From: Azolla caroliniana
Lineage: Eukaryota > Plantae > Polypodiophyta
Reading direction: 5' to 3'
NCBI GenBank assembly: GCA_043228905.1
Contig: JBHGNT010000001.1
Coordinates: forward strand, 31,372,001-31,436,000
DNA: 64,000 nt
Each line of letters begins with the position of its first letter. Within the stretch, counting starts at the first letter, position 1. Below the pieces are notes generated by a model that did no database searches, was not told the DNA's origin, and saw nothing but the letters and a program-made list of their open reading frames with translations. The position numbers and the translations under genes were made by a program. Below, in pieces: positions 1 through 12,386 of the stretch.

Positions 1-2616
1 TAACGTTATGAAAGGAGAAACAACATAGAAAAAGAACCAATCAACGCTTATTACCGGTTGATAATAATAGACTTGCTCAAACTTTGGGGTATAATATAAT
101 GGAACTTTTCTCCACAAAGCCTACACAACGTCAATATGTTACACCTAGAGAGCAACACGAGGAAACATAAGAACCTCATCAAGAACAACTAATAAGCTCT
201 ATTTACCACATACTTTATGGATGTGAGGTTGTACTATCTACCTTGACTAGACATCGGCTTAAACTAAAGTCATTTGATTCTTTTTGTGTCCACAAAAAAG
301 TTAGAATTGCGAAATGTATGGAGTAACTTTTTTCGTCAAATTGAATACCAAAACTAAATTAGATATGAACCAAGCTCAAGTGTGTGTGCAAGTTCTTAAC
401 ACATGCACAAGGAAATTCAAGAGGAAAATATACATTTGAATTGTTAAACTTTGTTTCAAGCTCTAAGAGGGTGATTTATGTTGAACAAGCAACAATTGCC
501 ATGTGCACAAAAAATAACATGTATAACAACTTCCCAATTAGTCACGGGCAACTTTAATGGAGCAATATGAAAAGCATCCTCAAAAGTTATCAAGTTTGAA
601 ACTCCCCATGTATGTACTAGCAATGCAACAACAACTGTGATAGCAATAGATATAATTAGTTCTCAACTTTTCGAATGGAAAAGAAATCACAATGTTGAGT
701 ACTAGTGATAGAACTTTTGAATATACCATTATATCTAATAGTAATGCATATACATTTGTAGAGACTCCAAATATCAATTGAAAGTAACGTAAGTTGATAA
801 CATACAATATATTGTATCAACTTCACAATTTAAAGCATTTTGTCTCATTATAGGGAGTTTGGTAGGAACACCTTAAGTTTCAAACTTGAGGTAACATTCA
901 AAATAAAGTACATTTGCAATAGTGACATTAGGTAATGGTGTTCATTGTGAAAATTTGAGACAAATAGTTAGGCTTACTTCATTGCATATGAGTTTATAAC
1001 TTTTGCCTTTGTGAATATCAACTAGCAAGCTGAAGGAATCATAAAATCATACGGCTTAAACACAAGCGAGGCACAAACATCCCCGTGCAAACTTGATGAA
1101 ATATTTTATTATGCTGAATTTAACTCCAAACAACCGCCTATACTAATAACTGGCGCACGAGAAAGCCAACATAATGGGTTTACTTTCGAAGATATTTTAC
1201 TATTTCATGTCACTCGCTTTTCATAACCGATGTTTTGAAAGTATGAAGCGCTCTTTGGAATATGGTGCCAACAAAATTTCTGTACCCATCCCCTATTTAG
1301 GGGTCACCCTACATCGAGCAATGAAATTACTAAGGTGAAAATAATGATAGAAAATTATTTACATTAGTGCACTTCCTTTGTCATGGCCAATAGGTAAATA
1401 ATGAACATAGGAATCGGCGATTTGAACACTTCACAATATAATTGCGTAGATGAGAGAGGATGTCGAGCATCAATGTCCTGATGTAGAAGATTGGATGTGT
1501 GAAGAAAACAAGTAGCATTGATTGGATGAATGAGAAATGGAATATTAAGATGGGTGTGTGTCATTTGCAAAATAGATAGTAGACTTGAAGTTTTTTTTAC
1601 AGATGGCATGTTGTGCAAGATTACCAAATGTGAAGGCAATGTAACGAAATATATCTACCCCTCTCCGAACTACCATGGGGGTTAGGTACATCCATTTGAA
1701 TGGTTCACCTACTTTTAATTCACTCGATGGTGCAATGTACATGAGACCGTTTCGTGTGTTCCCTTTCCCTTTTCGATGCATAGAGCGAGGTGTTTGTTGG
1801 CACATTAACGAGGAGAAAAGGAAGCAATACATGACCAATGTGACCGAAGCTAACAGTGCTTTTAAAGGACTTTTGAAAGGGACTTTGAGAGGGCGACGAA
1901 ACCTCAGACTCGGACACGACATTTCAAACCTCCTAGTCTTAATATTGGGGGGACTATAAGGTGCGAAAACTTAACACATTCTAGTAGAGTTCTCGAGTAT
2001 CTCACGGCATCTCCGAAACGCCTTTCACGAAGACGTTCCTTTTTCGACGAATAACTATTGCGGACATATACTATTAAAATCTATCTATCTATCTATCTAT
2101 CTATCCATCTATCTATCTATCCATCCATCCATTCATCCATATTGTCCGATCTAATCTATGTATCTCTCTCTCTCTCTCAGCGTATCACGAGCCACACTGG
2201 GGCCATGAATCGACTACTTCTACCCCATTATTGACACACGCTTCCGACACACCTAATGATCAATTCCCACCGTCCCACATCAACACTATCTTACATTCAT
2301 ATTTGGCTACCACACTTGTTCTTTCTCAATCTCATATCATACACATAGACAAAATAATTATAATAATGTCCTCATATAATAATATAAGATTCTCCACCAC
2401 ATGCACAATCAGCTTGGGCCTTAGGAGGCCTTCCTAATGTCCCTAGCCTTATCACATGACGTAACAAGCGCTAATCTCATCTGATCCACAATGTTTTGTG
2501 CTAATTGCCTCTCTTAATTAATCTCTGTCTCTCCTAATTTCATCCATCCTTAATGACCTAGATCTTATATACAGAGGGACAGATGTATTGTAATTAGTAC
2601 ACAGGATCATGTCAAT

Positions 2617-5600
2617 ATGGTGCTGCCCAAATCCTCATCAACATCGGGCTTGACTATCACGCGAGTAATTAATCTATACATTCTAGTTCTAATCTACAGA
2701 TTTTCAATAATTCTATTAGTGTATAATGATTAATCCATTCTTGGACTGATACAGCCAGTGGCACCACCACAGAATGAACATGGGATGGAAATGATGCTGG
2801 ACGCCGACCACCCAGAGTTTACTTTGGGTACAAATCAGAATAACTGTGATAAGAACAAGGAGCGTATAGCTAATATAACAAGCAATGATCAATTATCAGA
2901 TAGTAATAGCGAGAATTTGGAGGATATTGATTATGATGATGAGATCGACACGATTAATGGTGACGGTGTTACTCGGCCCACCAAGAAACGATACCATCGA
3001 CACACCACACACCAAATCCAAGAGATGGAAAGGCAAGTCGACTCTTGATTAGCCAGCAAATCCATTCATTCATTGAGTAGCTAATTGCTTAGTTGGGGCT
3101 ACTTATAATAATTGGTCTCCCCAAATTTGGCCGATAATTTGAAAGCTTGCAGAGGCAGGGGGTATTAGGTCCACAGTTTTGGAAGAATTGGACTGTTGGT
3201 TATTCAAAACCCAATTTAATCCTTTTCTGTCTCCTGTTTCAATCAATGAATCACAACACTAGAGGGGAATCGATTCATTCACATACTTAACAAACCTATC
3301 ATCATGAGAGGTTAAGGTGCCTTTGATGTAAAATGTTGTCAAATAGGATTATAGATCTGTTATATGAAGCAAATTATGATGATATTTAACAGTAATATTT
3401 AAAAGCCAGCAATTGTTCTGGGCCTGTAATCGCAATTCACAAACTTAGCTAAACTCGGTGGATCATCTATTCCAATACATGAAATTCTGTGAGCAACCGA
3501 GGCTTAACAAAACCAACAGCTGCCATTGTGATCTCCATCTCTGCAATAATGATTTTAAGACAATAGACATAATGGAGCTCCGGAAAGTAGAAACCTCTAT
3601 TAATCTTATTCTCACATATTAAGTGGCCAAATTATAGTGAGACCTCTCACTGTGGGTTAATTTTTCCCACACTCGTGTATAGATTGTAATGAAGAGATGG
3701 TATTATCATGATTCGTCGGAAGATTTTGATGATTAATTGAGATTTTTGGCTGTGGGAACACACAGGGTATTCAAGGAGTGCCCTCACCCGGATGAGAAGC
3801 AGAGGCAAGAACTGAGCAGAGAGCTCAAGTTATCTCCGCGTCAGATCAAATTCTGGTTCCAAAACAAGAGGACCCAGATGAAGGTAGATGCATTTCCCAA
3901 CAAACACCCATAGGATCTCTAATGTCACATGATGCATTCCATGCATCACAAGTGAAGATCATTGATTTGACAATTAATTTAGATGATGATGAATACTCAT
4001 GCTGCTGCGATGATATTGATTAATCGCGGGGGGTTTCAATAATGATGTTAATTTAGTAGTTAGATGATATTGATTAATTATCCCGGGGGTTCAATAATGA
4101 TCTTAATTACTGATTATATATATCTGATTAGGCGCACCATGAAAGGAAAGACAATGGCGTTCTCCGGACGGAGAATGAGAAGCTGAAAGCCGAGAATTGT
4201 GCGTTGAGGGATGCAGTGAGGAATGTGTCGTGCCCAACTTGCGGTGGACCGGCGAGTGTGGCCGAGATGTCGCTAGAAGAGCAACAGCTCCGGATCGAGA
4301 ACGTGAGATTAAAAGAGGAGGTAATATATATTCTTCATTCACATCCATTCTTAGCCAATATATATCCATCCAATTTGTAACCACTACTTTGGCCCGCCCA
4401 TTAACAATCCATATAATTGGAATCTGGTTTTAAAGAAGAAAAAAAAAAAGAGCATCCGATTTCTGAAAATGTAAATGTCGGAGTGGCATTTGGGATGGCT
4501 ATCGCAGATCGACCGGATAACGAATATGGTGACAAAGCACATAGGCAGGAAGAATGTGAGTAATGGTGGCGGTGCAAGTACAAGAGGAGGAGGTGATGGG
4601 CTAGTGCCGGTCACGAACAACTCGATGATGACGGGGGGTAGCCGGGCATCACGAGGAGGAGGAGGAGGCCGGGGACTAATAACGAGCGAAGAAGGAGGAG
4701 GAGGAGGAGGAAGAGGAGGCGGCGAGATGATGATGAATATGATGATGAGGATGATGCGGGGGGAACGGAATAATGGTGGGTCGGCGGCAGCGGCAATGAT
4801 GTATGGAGGAGGTGGGGGGGGCCAAGAGGAGATAATGAAGCATGTGGGGGAGAATTATAGAAATATTAATAAGAATATGGAAGAGGAAGGGGGGGAGGAG
4901 GAGGAGGAGGGGGAGGTAGAGGAGCTGGGGCCTACGGTTGCCGAGATCGCATCGAGGCCACTTGGGTTGACGGAGGGGGAGAAGCCGTTGGTCGTGGAGC
5001 TGGCGGTCGCATCCATGGAGGAGCTCATCGAGATGGCGCGTTCACATGGCCACCCATTGTGGGTGGTGCCCACTAATCATGCCCATCATGACGCCCAACA
5101 CCACCACCACAATAATCATCAAACCACCACCACCACTACTACTTATAGTAATGCCGATGCCGATTGTAGTGGAGGGAGTTGCTTGGATCTGCAAGCCTAC
5201 TTCCGCCGCTTCCCTCGCGGCATCGGACCCACTCCCCTCGGCCTCTCGTCCGAGGTCACTCGCCATTCTGGCTTGGTGATCATGAACTCTGCCTCTCTCG
5301 TGGAAACCTTCATGGATGTGGTAAAAAAAACACCTCTCTAATCTATTCTGATGCTGCAAACACACATATCTTAGATAATCTCTCTTGCACCCACCCACCC
5401 ACCGACACACACCATGTTTTCTCTCTCATAGAAGCCGCTAATGATCAATCTCTTGACACAACACATTATCGCACCACACCTAAGTGAGTTGTGTTTATGC
5501 AATCAAGCAATACATAGATACATAGATACATATACATATTACATATAGCTATATCAAGGTAAGGCTATAGTACTAGTGGTAGTAGTAGTATGTACATATA

Positions 5601-8600
5601 TATATAGGAAGCTTGCACAAATAATAATGTCAAAGTGTAAGAAATTAATCATAGGAACAAAGCAAGGTCCCTTTTTAAAAATGTTCATCAAGTGTTGGTA
5701 AAAATACTTGTTATGCGAATAAAATATTTTTTAAGGGATGTGCAATTCGCCCCTCCCACTAGCAAGTGACCCCTCATCTCATGTTGCTTCATGCTAGGCT
5801 CAATGGAAAGAAATGTTTTCTTCAATTATCTCGAGAGCTCGGATAGTAGAAGTTCTTTCCATGGGTGTCGCCGGAACATATGATGGTGCTATACAATTGG
5901 TGAGATTATTTTCGGAATGACATGTTATGTTGATATTAACATCAAGTATATGATGTATGGTGATTATAACAATTCGAATATAGATGTATGCAGAGTTCCA
6001 AATACCAACACCTCTTGTACCAACACGAGAGAACTACTTTCTTCGTTATTCCAAGCATGTCGACCACTTTTGGGTAGTGGTAGACGTTTCCATTGATAGC
6101 CTCCGTGGGAATCCACCTCCTTCTTTACTACGTTGTAGGAGACGACCTTCTGGTTGCATTATTGAGGAGATGCCAAATGGTTACTCAAAGGTAAGAAGCA
6201 TTATTGAGAATTTACTCATTTTATCATTGTGGTTTTGATTGGCCTCTTGATTTTAACATGTGCTACTCACAACTGTGTTGCTAGAAATACTTGTTTGCAT
6301 GAATATTGCTAATCACTTTTAGGCCCATTTTGAAATACGTGGATCTATTTACAACTCATATTGCATCATCTTTTTTTACATCCTCCACACTTCGTAAGCC
6401 ATCAATAAGGTTTACATGAAATTTATTCCATGAGTTTTCTTAATAAGCTACTTTCTTGGTTGCGGAATGTTTGAATTCAACAAGCACAATCAAGAAACAA
6501 ATGTAAATAGGCCATAAAATCTTTACATGACGGTTTAACCCTCACCATAGTTAGCACGACACACATTTTATTTCAATGTACTAGGATAAATGATAAGAAA
6601 GAAAATGGATAGATAGAACAACATCTCAACACGCATTGTGCAATCGCATGACTACATTATAACATTTCTTCTTTTACTAAGGTAATGTTACAATATAATC
6701 TATTCATATAATTAATTGCCTTCCAAAGTCTACATTCAACATTTGTATGTATATTGCCTTCAATTCAGGTAACTTGGGTGGAGAACGTAGAGGTTGATAC
6801 TAAAGGCGTTCACAATCTTTATCAATCATTTGTTAATAGTGGGATGGCATTTGGTGCAGTTCGGTGGTTGTCAACATTGCAACGACAATGTGAAAGGATT
6901 GCAAGTGTGCTTGCTAACAATGTCCCTTCTGGTGACTCAACTGGTAAGCATTCCTAAATATTTTGCATAAAGAAATATGTTTCAAGAAGTGTCCTTGTGT
7001 ATTAAAGAGTCTCTTGTATTGATTTTTTATTGGTTCATTTATAATAGTTGGAGGGGAAAAACAAACATATTAAAGGGAGAGACAATATGTACATATACAT
7101 ATATCATATATGTATAGATATAGAAAGGGTTTAACTATATTCACATCAGCTTTTTGGTACGACATTTATGTATATAATGTATTTCATTTCATGACGGATT
7201 TCGGGCAATTGAGCAAATTTTGCACCAGGTGCATGCGATATCATTTTCGAATAGATGCAGCAATCAAATACAACACACCTGAAAATGTTGATCTTTGGAT
7301 TTACATGGGGTCATGATTCAGGGAGAATGTTTGGTAGTGAGGCATCCTATGGAGTTTGACCCTTTAATTGTTAATTTACTGTTTTGGAGGTTAATTTCTT
7401 CTCATATTGAAGGGAAACCATTTGAAAAAAAACACATAATCATATGGAATAACATAAAATGTAGCAAACATTAGGTAGTGCAAGAATGAATCCCATAGGG
7501 AGGAGGCTGAAATTGTTGCTTGATCAATATGCACATTTAACTCCAAAAGCTTATAATTGAGATGTCTAAGTTGGATCTTCTAATCCAATGCTCTGAGATT
7601 GTATGAATCTAGAAGACCCTCTAATTAAAACTGGGATGATCATGTAGTGGTTCCAAATGTAGAGGGTCGACGAAGCATGTTAAAATTGGCAGAGAGGATG
7701 GTAAAGAGCTTCAATGGAGGTGTAGGGTCCTCAACATCTGAGGCTTGGGTGACATTGGCCGGTAACAATTGCAGTGGTGCGGAGGATGTGCGCGTGGTGA
7801 TTCATAAGAGCAATGATGAGCCTGGACACCCACCTGGGATTGTGTTGAGTGCCTCTACTTCTCTTTGGCTCCCTTCCTCCCCACGACAAATTTTCCAATT
7901 CTTGCGTACAGATCGCCTTCGTAGTGAGGTATTAACCATAACATATGCCAACTTGTAATCTATCCTACCAAATAAAAAGATTCATAAGATTGAGAGTGAA
8001 GGAGTTTCTACGTATACATCAAAATAAATAAAATCCATTACATTTGTAAGTAAGTGGTGATAGTTCTCATCCATCCCACACTTAGAAGTGGGTGGCCATG
8101 TATAACTGTTATTACTAATGCTTTGGTACATAATAATAGCAGTCCAAGTGCAGTTAGAAAGGGTAAAAATCTATGCTTAAATTTCATGTAAATCGCTTTA
8201 AACATTATATAAACCATTGTAGGAAATAAAAAAAAACTATCACCAAGTGGAAGTCATTCATCACCAAATTTAGCTTCCATCGAATAATGCATTTATTATT
8301 GACAACAAAATTTAGCTTCCATCACTATTGACAACAAAAGGTCTGATTGTGTCTTTGTAGTGGGATATATTATCCAACAATGGTGTCATTAAGGAGATGT
8401 TCTACATAGCCAAAGGACCAGACCCTGGAAATAGTGTCTCACTTCTACGAGTAAACGTAAGTAACAAACTCCTGCTTCCTTGTTTTATTTTGTAGCGGAG
8501 AGTAAAGTAGTCTGCAAAATCTTTTATTTTTTTGATGCATATGTTATGTGCTCAAGATTTTCTGAAGTAGTTTTAGCAATAGCTAAAAGTTAAATAAATC

Positions 8601-9021
8601 AATTGTACGTTAGCCAGGCTATGATATGATAAGTGTGTTTTAGATATTATGATTGTTGTGTCAAGATCTTATACATTGGGTCACCATACCCTGATTTTTA
8701 ATGTTTGAATAAACCTCAGAAATCCAAACACATTAACGGGTTTTCTGGGCATATGGGTTTATGATGCATGCTTGATTTTAGCTGTGAGTTTGCATCCAAT
8801 GTTAAATAAGAACCTTCAATGATGGTCAAGCAAGACTTAGACTTTTAAGTTATAAACATCAAATTATATGTCAAATGACACAAAATTAGGAAGGACCAAG
8901 TTGAACAATGAATGATAAGTTTGGCATCAGAGATTCAGTTTATGTGAGGTGACTGGAATTTATGTTAGGCATGATTAAAGCAGGTTATATGCTTGAAAGT
9001 AACTACTAAAGCATGTTATAA

Positions 9022-9052
<31 letters not shown>

Positions 9053-9450
9053 TGGTCATGATTTGTTGTTATTGTCCACACCAGCCCATCAACTCGAACC
9101 AGAGCAACATGCTGATCCTGCAAGAGTGCTGTACGGACGAGGTATGCTCACTGGTGGTGTACGCGCCGATAGACGTAGCGGCAATGAGTGGCATTCTGAA
9201 CGGGGGTGATCCCGACTCCGTGGCTCTCTTACCTTCGGGCTTTGCCATCCTCCCCGATGGCCCCCTCCATCCTCATCGAGCCTCCTCCTCGTCGCCAACC
9301 GGCGGGTCTCTGCTCACATTGGCCTTCCAGATCCTGGTGGACCATGTACCCACTGCCAGGTTATCCCTCGGATCGGTTGCTACGGTGAACAAGCTAATCT
9401 CCAACACCGTCGCCCGCATCAAAAGTAGCCTCTCTCTCTCTTATGACTGA
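2617..9450 (+). CDS. Class IV HD-ZIP (homeodomain-ZLZ-START-SAD) transcription factor, PDF2/ATML1/HDG-like, multi-exon
   Basis: Exons: 2617-2664 (tentative), 2755-3032, 3766-3883, 4132-4320, 4508-5320, 5798-5899, 5984-6190, 6769-6943, 7647-7928, 8361-8456, 9085-9450. Homeodomain [56 protein letters not shown]. Zipper-loop-zipper with CPTCGG. START motifs ([48 protein letters not shown]). SAD motifs ([25 protein letters not shown]). Start codon uncertain. Confidence 0.95.
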
Positions 9451-10434
9451 CCGACTGACAATGCATGAGAATGAATGTGTAGCTCCTCTTCTTAATCTCA
9501 CTCATAACCATTATTCATTTGGAGGTACATTTAAAAAGAAAAAAAACTCTTGGCACTTTGATTCCATCCCAAATGTGGCATATCCATCCTCCTACCTACC
9601 ATTTCCAATGGCCATGGCCAAAAGTTTTTAACCTCTTATCATCTAAATTAATGCCTTGTCAGGCTAAATTAATGCCTCTCTCTTTAGTTGAATGCACAAC
9701 TTATCTATCGCACATTGTCTTACTAAAATATCATACATCCAGTAGAACTCTTCTCAAAACCTTGCACGATGCTTACTTAGGCCAAGCTTTCAGAGTACAA
9801 ATTTTGGATCAATGTAGGATAGCACCATTAACGAATTATATCCACTCCACTATGCCCTGCAAATCCTTTCGTTATGAATGCACACTTACAAACCGGAAAC
9901 AAATCCTTCATTCAAATTTCAAATATCTTTGTAAATTTATAACTTAGAGTTCACACGATGAGGTAAACAAACAAATTCATATAAGACATGAACTATATGA
10001 TATGAGCATGGCCGGATGTCCCTGTAGAATGCGATTCATATTGAGCATTAATGTATGATTCTAATGGATTGAGGAATATTGCTACTTCGTGATCACTCTG
10101 TGGAGCTCCAATATAATTGTGTCCATATCATTTCAAGTAATCACAGAGAGTGAGGGAGGCTATCTTTTCGTGTAAACACCTCCATGGGAGGAATTAGCTG
10201 AACTTCAGCATTTTACCAAGTACTCGCCCACATTGCATTCGTTTTCTGTTGGCGGTGGAATAATATATCCATGCCCAAATTTCAAATCGGACTGAATCCA
10301 TCTCGCCATTTAAATAGGAAGATCTTAATTATAGCGCACATATCATACATCCTCTTCGATTATAAACTCAAGGTTATGAAAAGCTCTTAAAAGTCCATCT
10401 AATTAGGGTAATCACTACATCATAAGTGGCGTAA

Positions 10435-11922
10435 TTAGGGATCAGGTGGGTCAACAATGTAACGATGGCTATCATAATATTGATGAAGATGAAGCTGAAA
10501 CTGAGGATGATCCAATGGAATCTCAATTCTATAACTATTGTTGATCACCATGTAATTATTATTGATATGGGCGGTCGCGGCAGAAGCAGATTCTTCGCGA
10601 GCAAGTTGCAGGTGCATCATATGAATCTGGGCCCTTAAATATTTGATCCGGTGGATGGCCGCATCCAGCATGGACGCCGTGTCCATATTCCTCCTCCCGC
10701 CGGCGCCGCCACAGTACGGCACCACCAGATTCCTCAGAATCTTCAACTTCCTGCTGATTCGGTGCCGCCGCCTCCTGGCTGTCATTCCCTGGGGAAGCAC
10801 AGAATATCCCTTCTGGCCTGGAATATTCCTGGTGAACCTCATCGACACCATGGCATTGCTCATGCGGTTACCATCATCGCCATCTCCATTATTACTCGGA
10901 TTACTGACATTTCCAATCTGCTCGACAGAAGTATATCCGTACCCATCACTCATATTCCGCCCATCCCAATAATCCATAGGGTCTCCGATATGACAGCTCC
11001 CAGGCCCGGCCATCGCCGTAGCTGGACAGGTGGCAGCGCTAGCTTCACGCCCAGCGCACCAGCTGGTAGGCCGTACCACGGAGGATATGTCCCCCGAGTC
11101 GCGATCCGTATCGTGCCAGCTGGCACCGCTCTCCCGACCGCGGCATCGTGGCGGGACCAGATGCTGCCACTTGGCATCCGCCAGGCCGGCGAGTTCGCAC
11201 GGATTGCTTGCGTTAATAACAGGGAGGATTGAGGGATGATGGGTCAGGAGATAGGTAGCCTCATGATTAGGGCTTGTAATGTGATTACTTGAATTAATCA
11301 TATCGTATGTAGAAGAAGAGGAGAGATTGCTTATATCGACTGGGTCCTGGTCCTCCTCAACAGCAAGAAGGTGCCTGGCTGTATTTAGTAGAGCTGTAGT
11401 AGATTCATGAGATGGCGGTGATGATGTGCTGCTGCGCATCATATTGCAGGGATCTTTATCATACTCCTTGACATTATAAGTAGAGTCTAATAATATTGAG
11501 AGGTAATTAGTATGGGCAGAATTAGGGGGCGATGTGAATGCACAGGAGGGATAAGTAAGATGCTTGATTGGGCCAGACGATGATGCCGATGGTAATAGTA
11601 GTGATGGTGGAGCGAGTAGCTCATCACCAGAGTGGGAGTAATTATGAGTATTATTATTAACCTGGGGATAATTAACCAATGCAGTAGAGGAATGGGTGTT
11701 AACTGCACGATGATTAAGGTTTTGGTGGAAGTGGTCACCACCAATGTTGCTAATTATTGCGCCAACATGATGAGGATCATCAGGCAATAGCAATGGAGCA
11801 TTAGTACACGATTCGGACCCAACACCACCTCCGTTCTCGTTATTATGATGATGATGATGGTGGTGATGATTATAATAAACATTGCTATTGCTGATTACTC
11901 CCACAATACTCTGGACCTCCAT
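10435..11922 (-). CDS. Intronless bHLH transcription factor, plant subfamily VIII (VIIIa BONOBO/LAX1-like, or VIIIb HECATE-like)
   Basis: 495-aa ORF with C-terminal PQGMTARRRRHRISRKLKILRNLVVP...MDTASMLDAAIHRIKYLRAQI, resembling the subfamily VIII consensus PQSVAAR.RR(H/E)RIS...MDT(A/V)SML..AIHYVKFLK. Long His/Asn/Ser-rich N-terminus. Confidence 0.9.
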   Translation of the reverse strand: MEVQSIVGVISNSNVYYNHHHHHHHHNNENGGGVGSESCTNAPLLLPDDPHHVGAIISNIGGDHFHQNLNHRAVNTHSSTALVNYPQVNNNTHNYSHSGDELLAPPSLLLPSASSSGPIKHLTYPSCAFTSPPNSAHTNYLSILLDSTYNVKEYDKDPCNMMRSSTSSPPSHESTTALLNTARHLLAVEEDQDPVDISNLSSSSTYDMINSSNHITSPNHEATYLLTHHPSILPVINASNPCELAGLADAKWQHLVPPRCRGRESGASWHDTDRDSGDISSVVRPTSWCAGREASAATCPATAMAGPGSCHIGDPMDYWDGRNMSDGYGYTSVEQIGNVSNPSNNGDGDDGNRMSNAMVSMRFTRNIPGQKGYSVLPQGMTARRRRHRISRKLKILRNLVVPYCGGAGGRRNMDTASMLDAAIHRIKYLRAQIHMMHLQLAREESASAATAHINNNYMVINNSYRIEIPLDHPQFQLHLHQYYDSHRYIVDPPDP

Positions 11923-11953
11923 ATATGGGAACTTCTCCTTGATATGGACACAG

Positions 11954-11988
<35 letters not shown>

Positions 11989-12267
11989 TAGGCACTGCAG
12001 AGAGATAGAGAGGTGTTAACCATATACTGCTTAATTGATGAAATAGCTATATATATATATATATATATAGCCTACAGGAACGTTACTAGGGAAGAATGCA
12101 TGACCGCATTAGAATTTATAAGGGCCTCTCTGTTCTCTCTCTGTCTCTCTCATTACATAGATCTATATACATATATGCATGCATGCATGCATGTATGTAT
12201 GTATGTATGTGATATTTAAAATTTTGAAGAGATCCCATTGCATTGGGCAGGCCCATATTTTGAGAGG

Positions 12268-12386
<119 letters not shown>

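Noticed and set aside
1280-1960. Possible LINE relic (VPIPYLGVTLH at about 1282; ORF 1675-1959)
   Set aside because: Only a short YLG-type motif with no continuous RT alignment visible. Needs a profile search.
4008-4110. Short duplicated GATGATATTGATTAAT...GGGGGTTCAATAATGAT in an HD-ZIP intron (similar small duplication at about 8266-8340)
   Set aside because: Ordinary local intronic duplication with no sign of function.
10643-11239. Antisense ORFs of 69-193 aa over the bHLH gene
   Set aside because: Shadow ORFs of a GC-rich coding strand with no recognisable domains.
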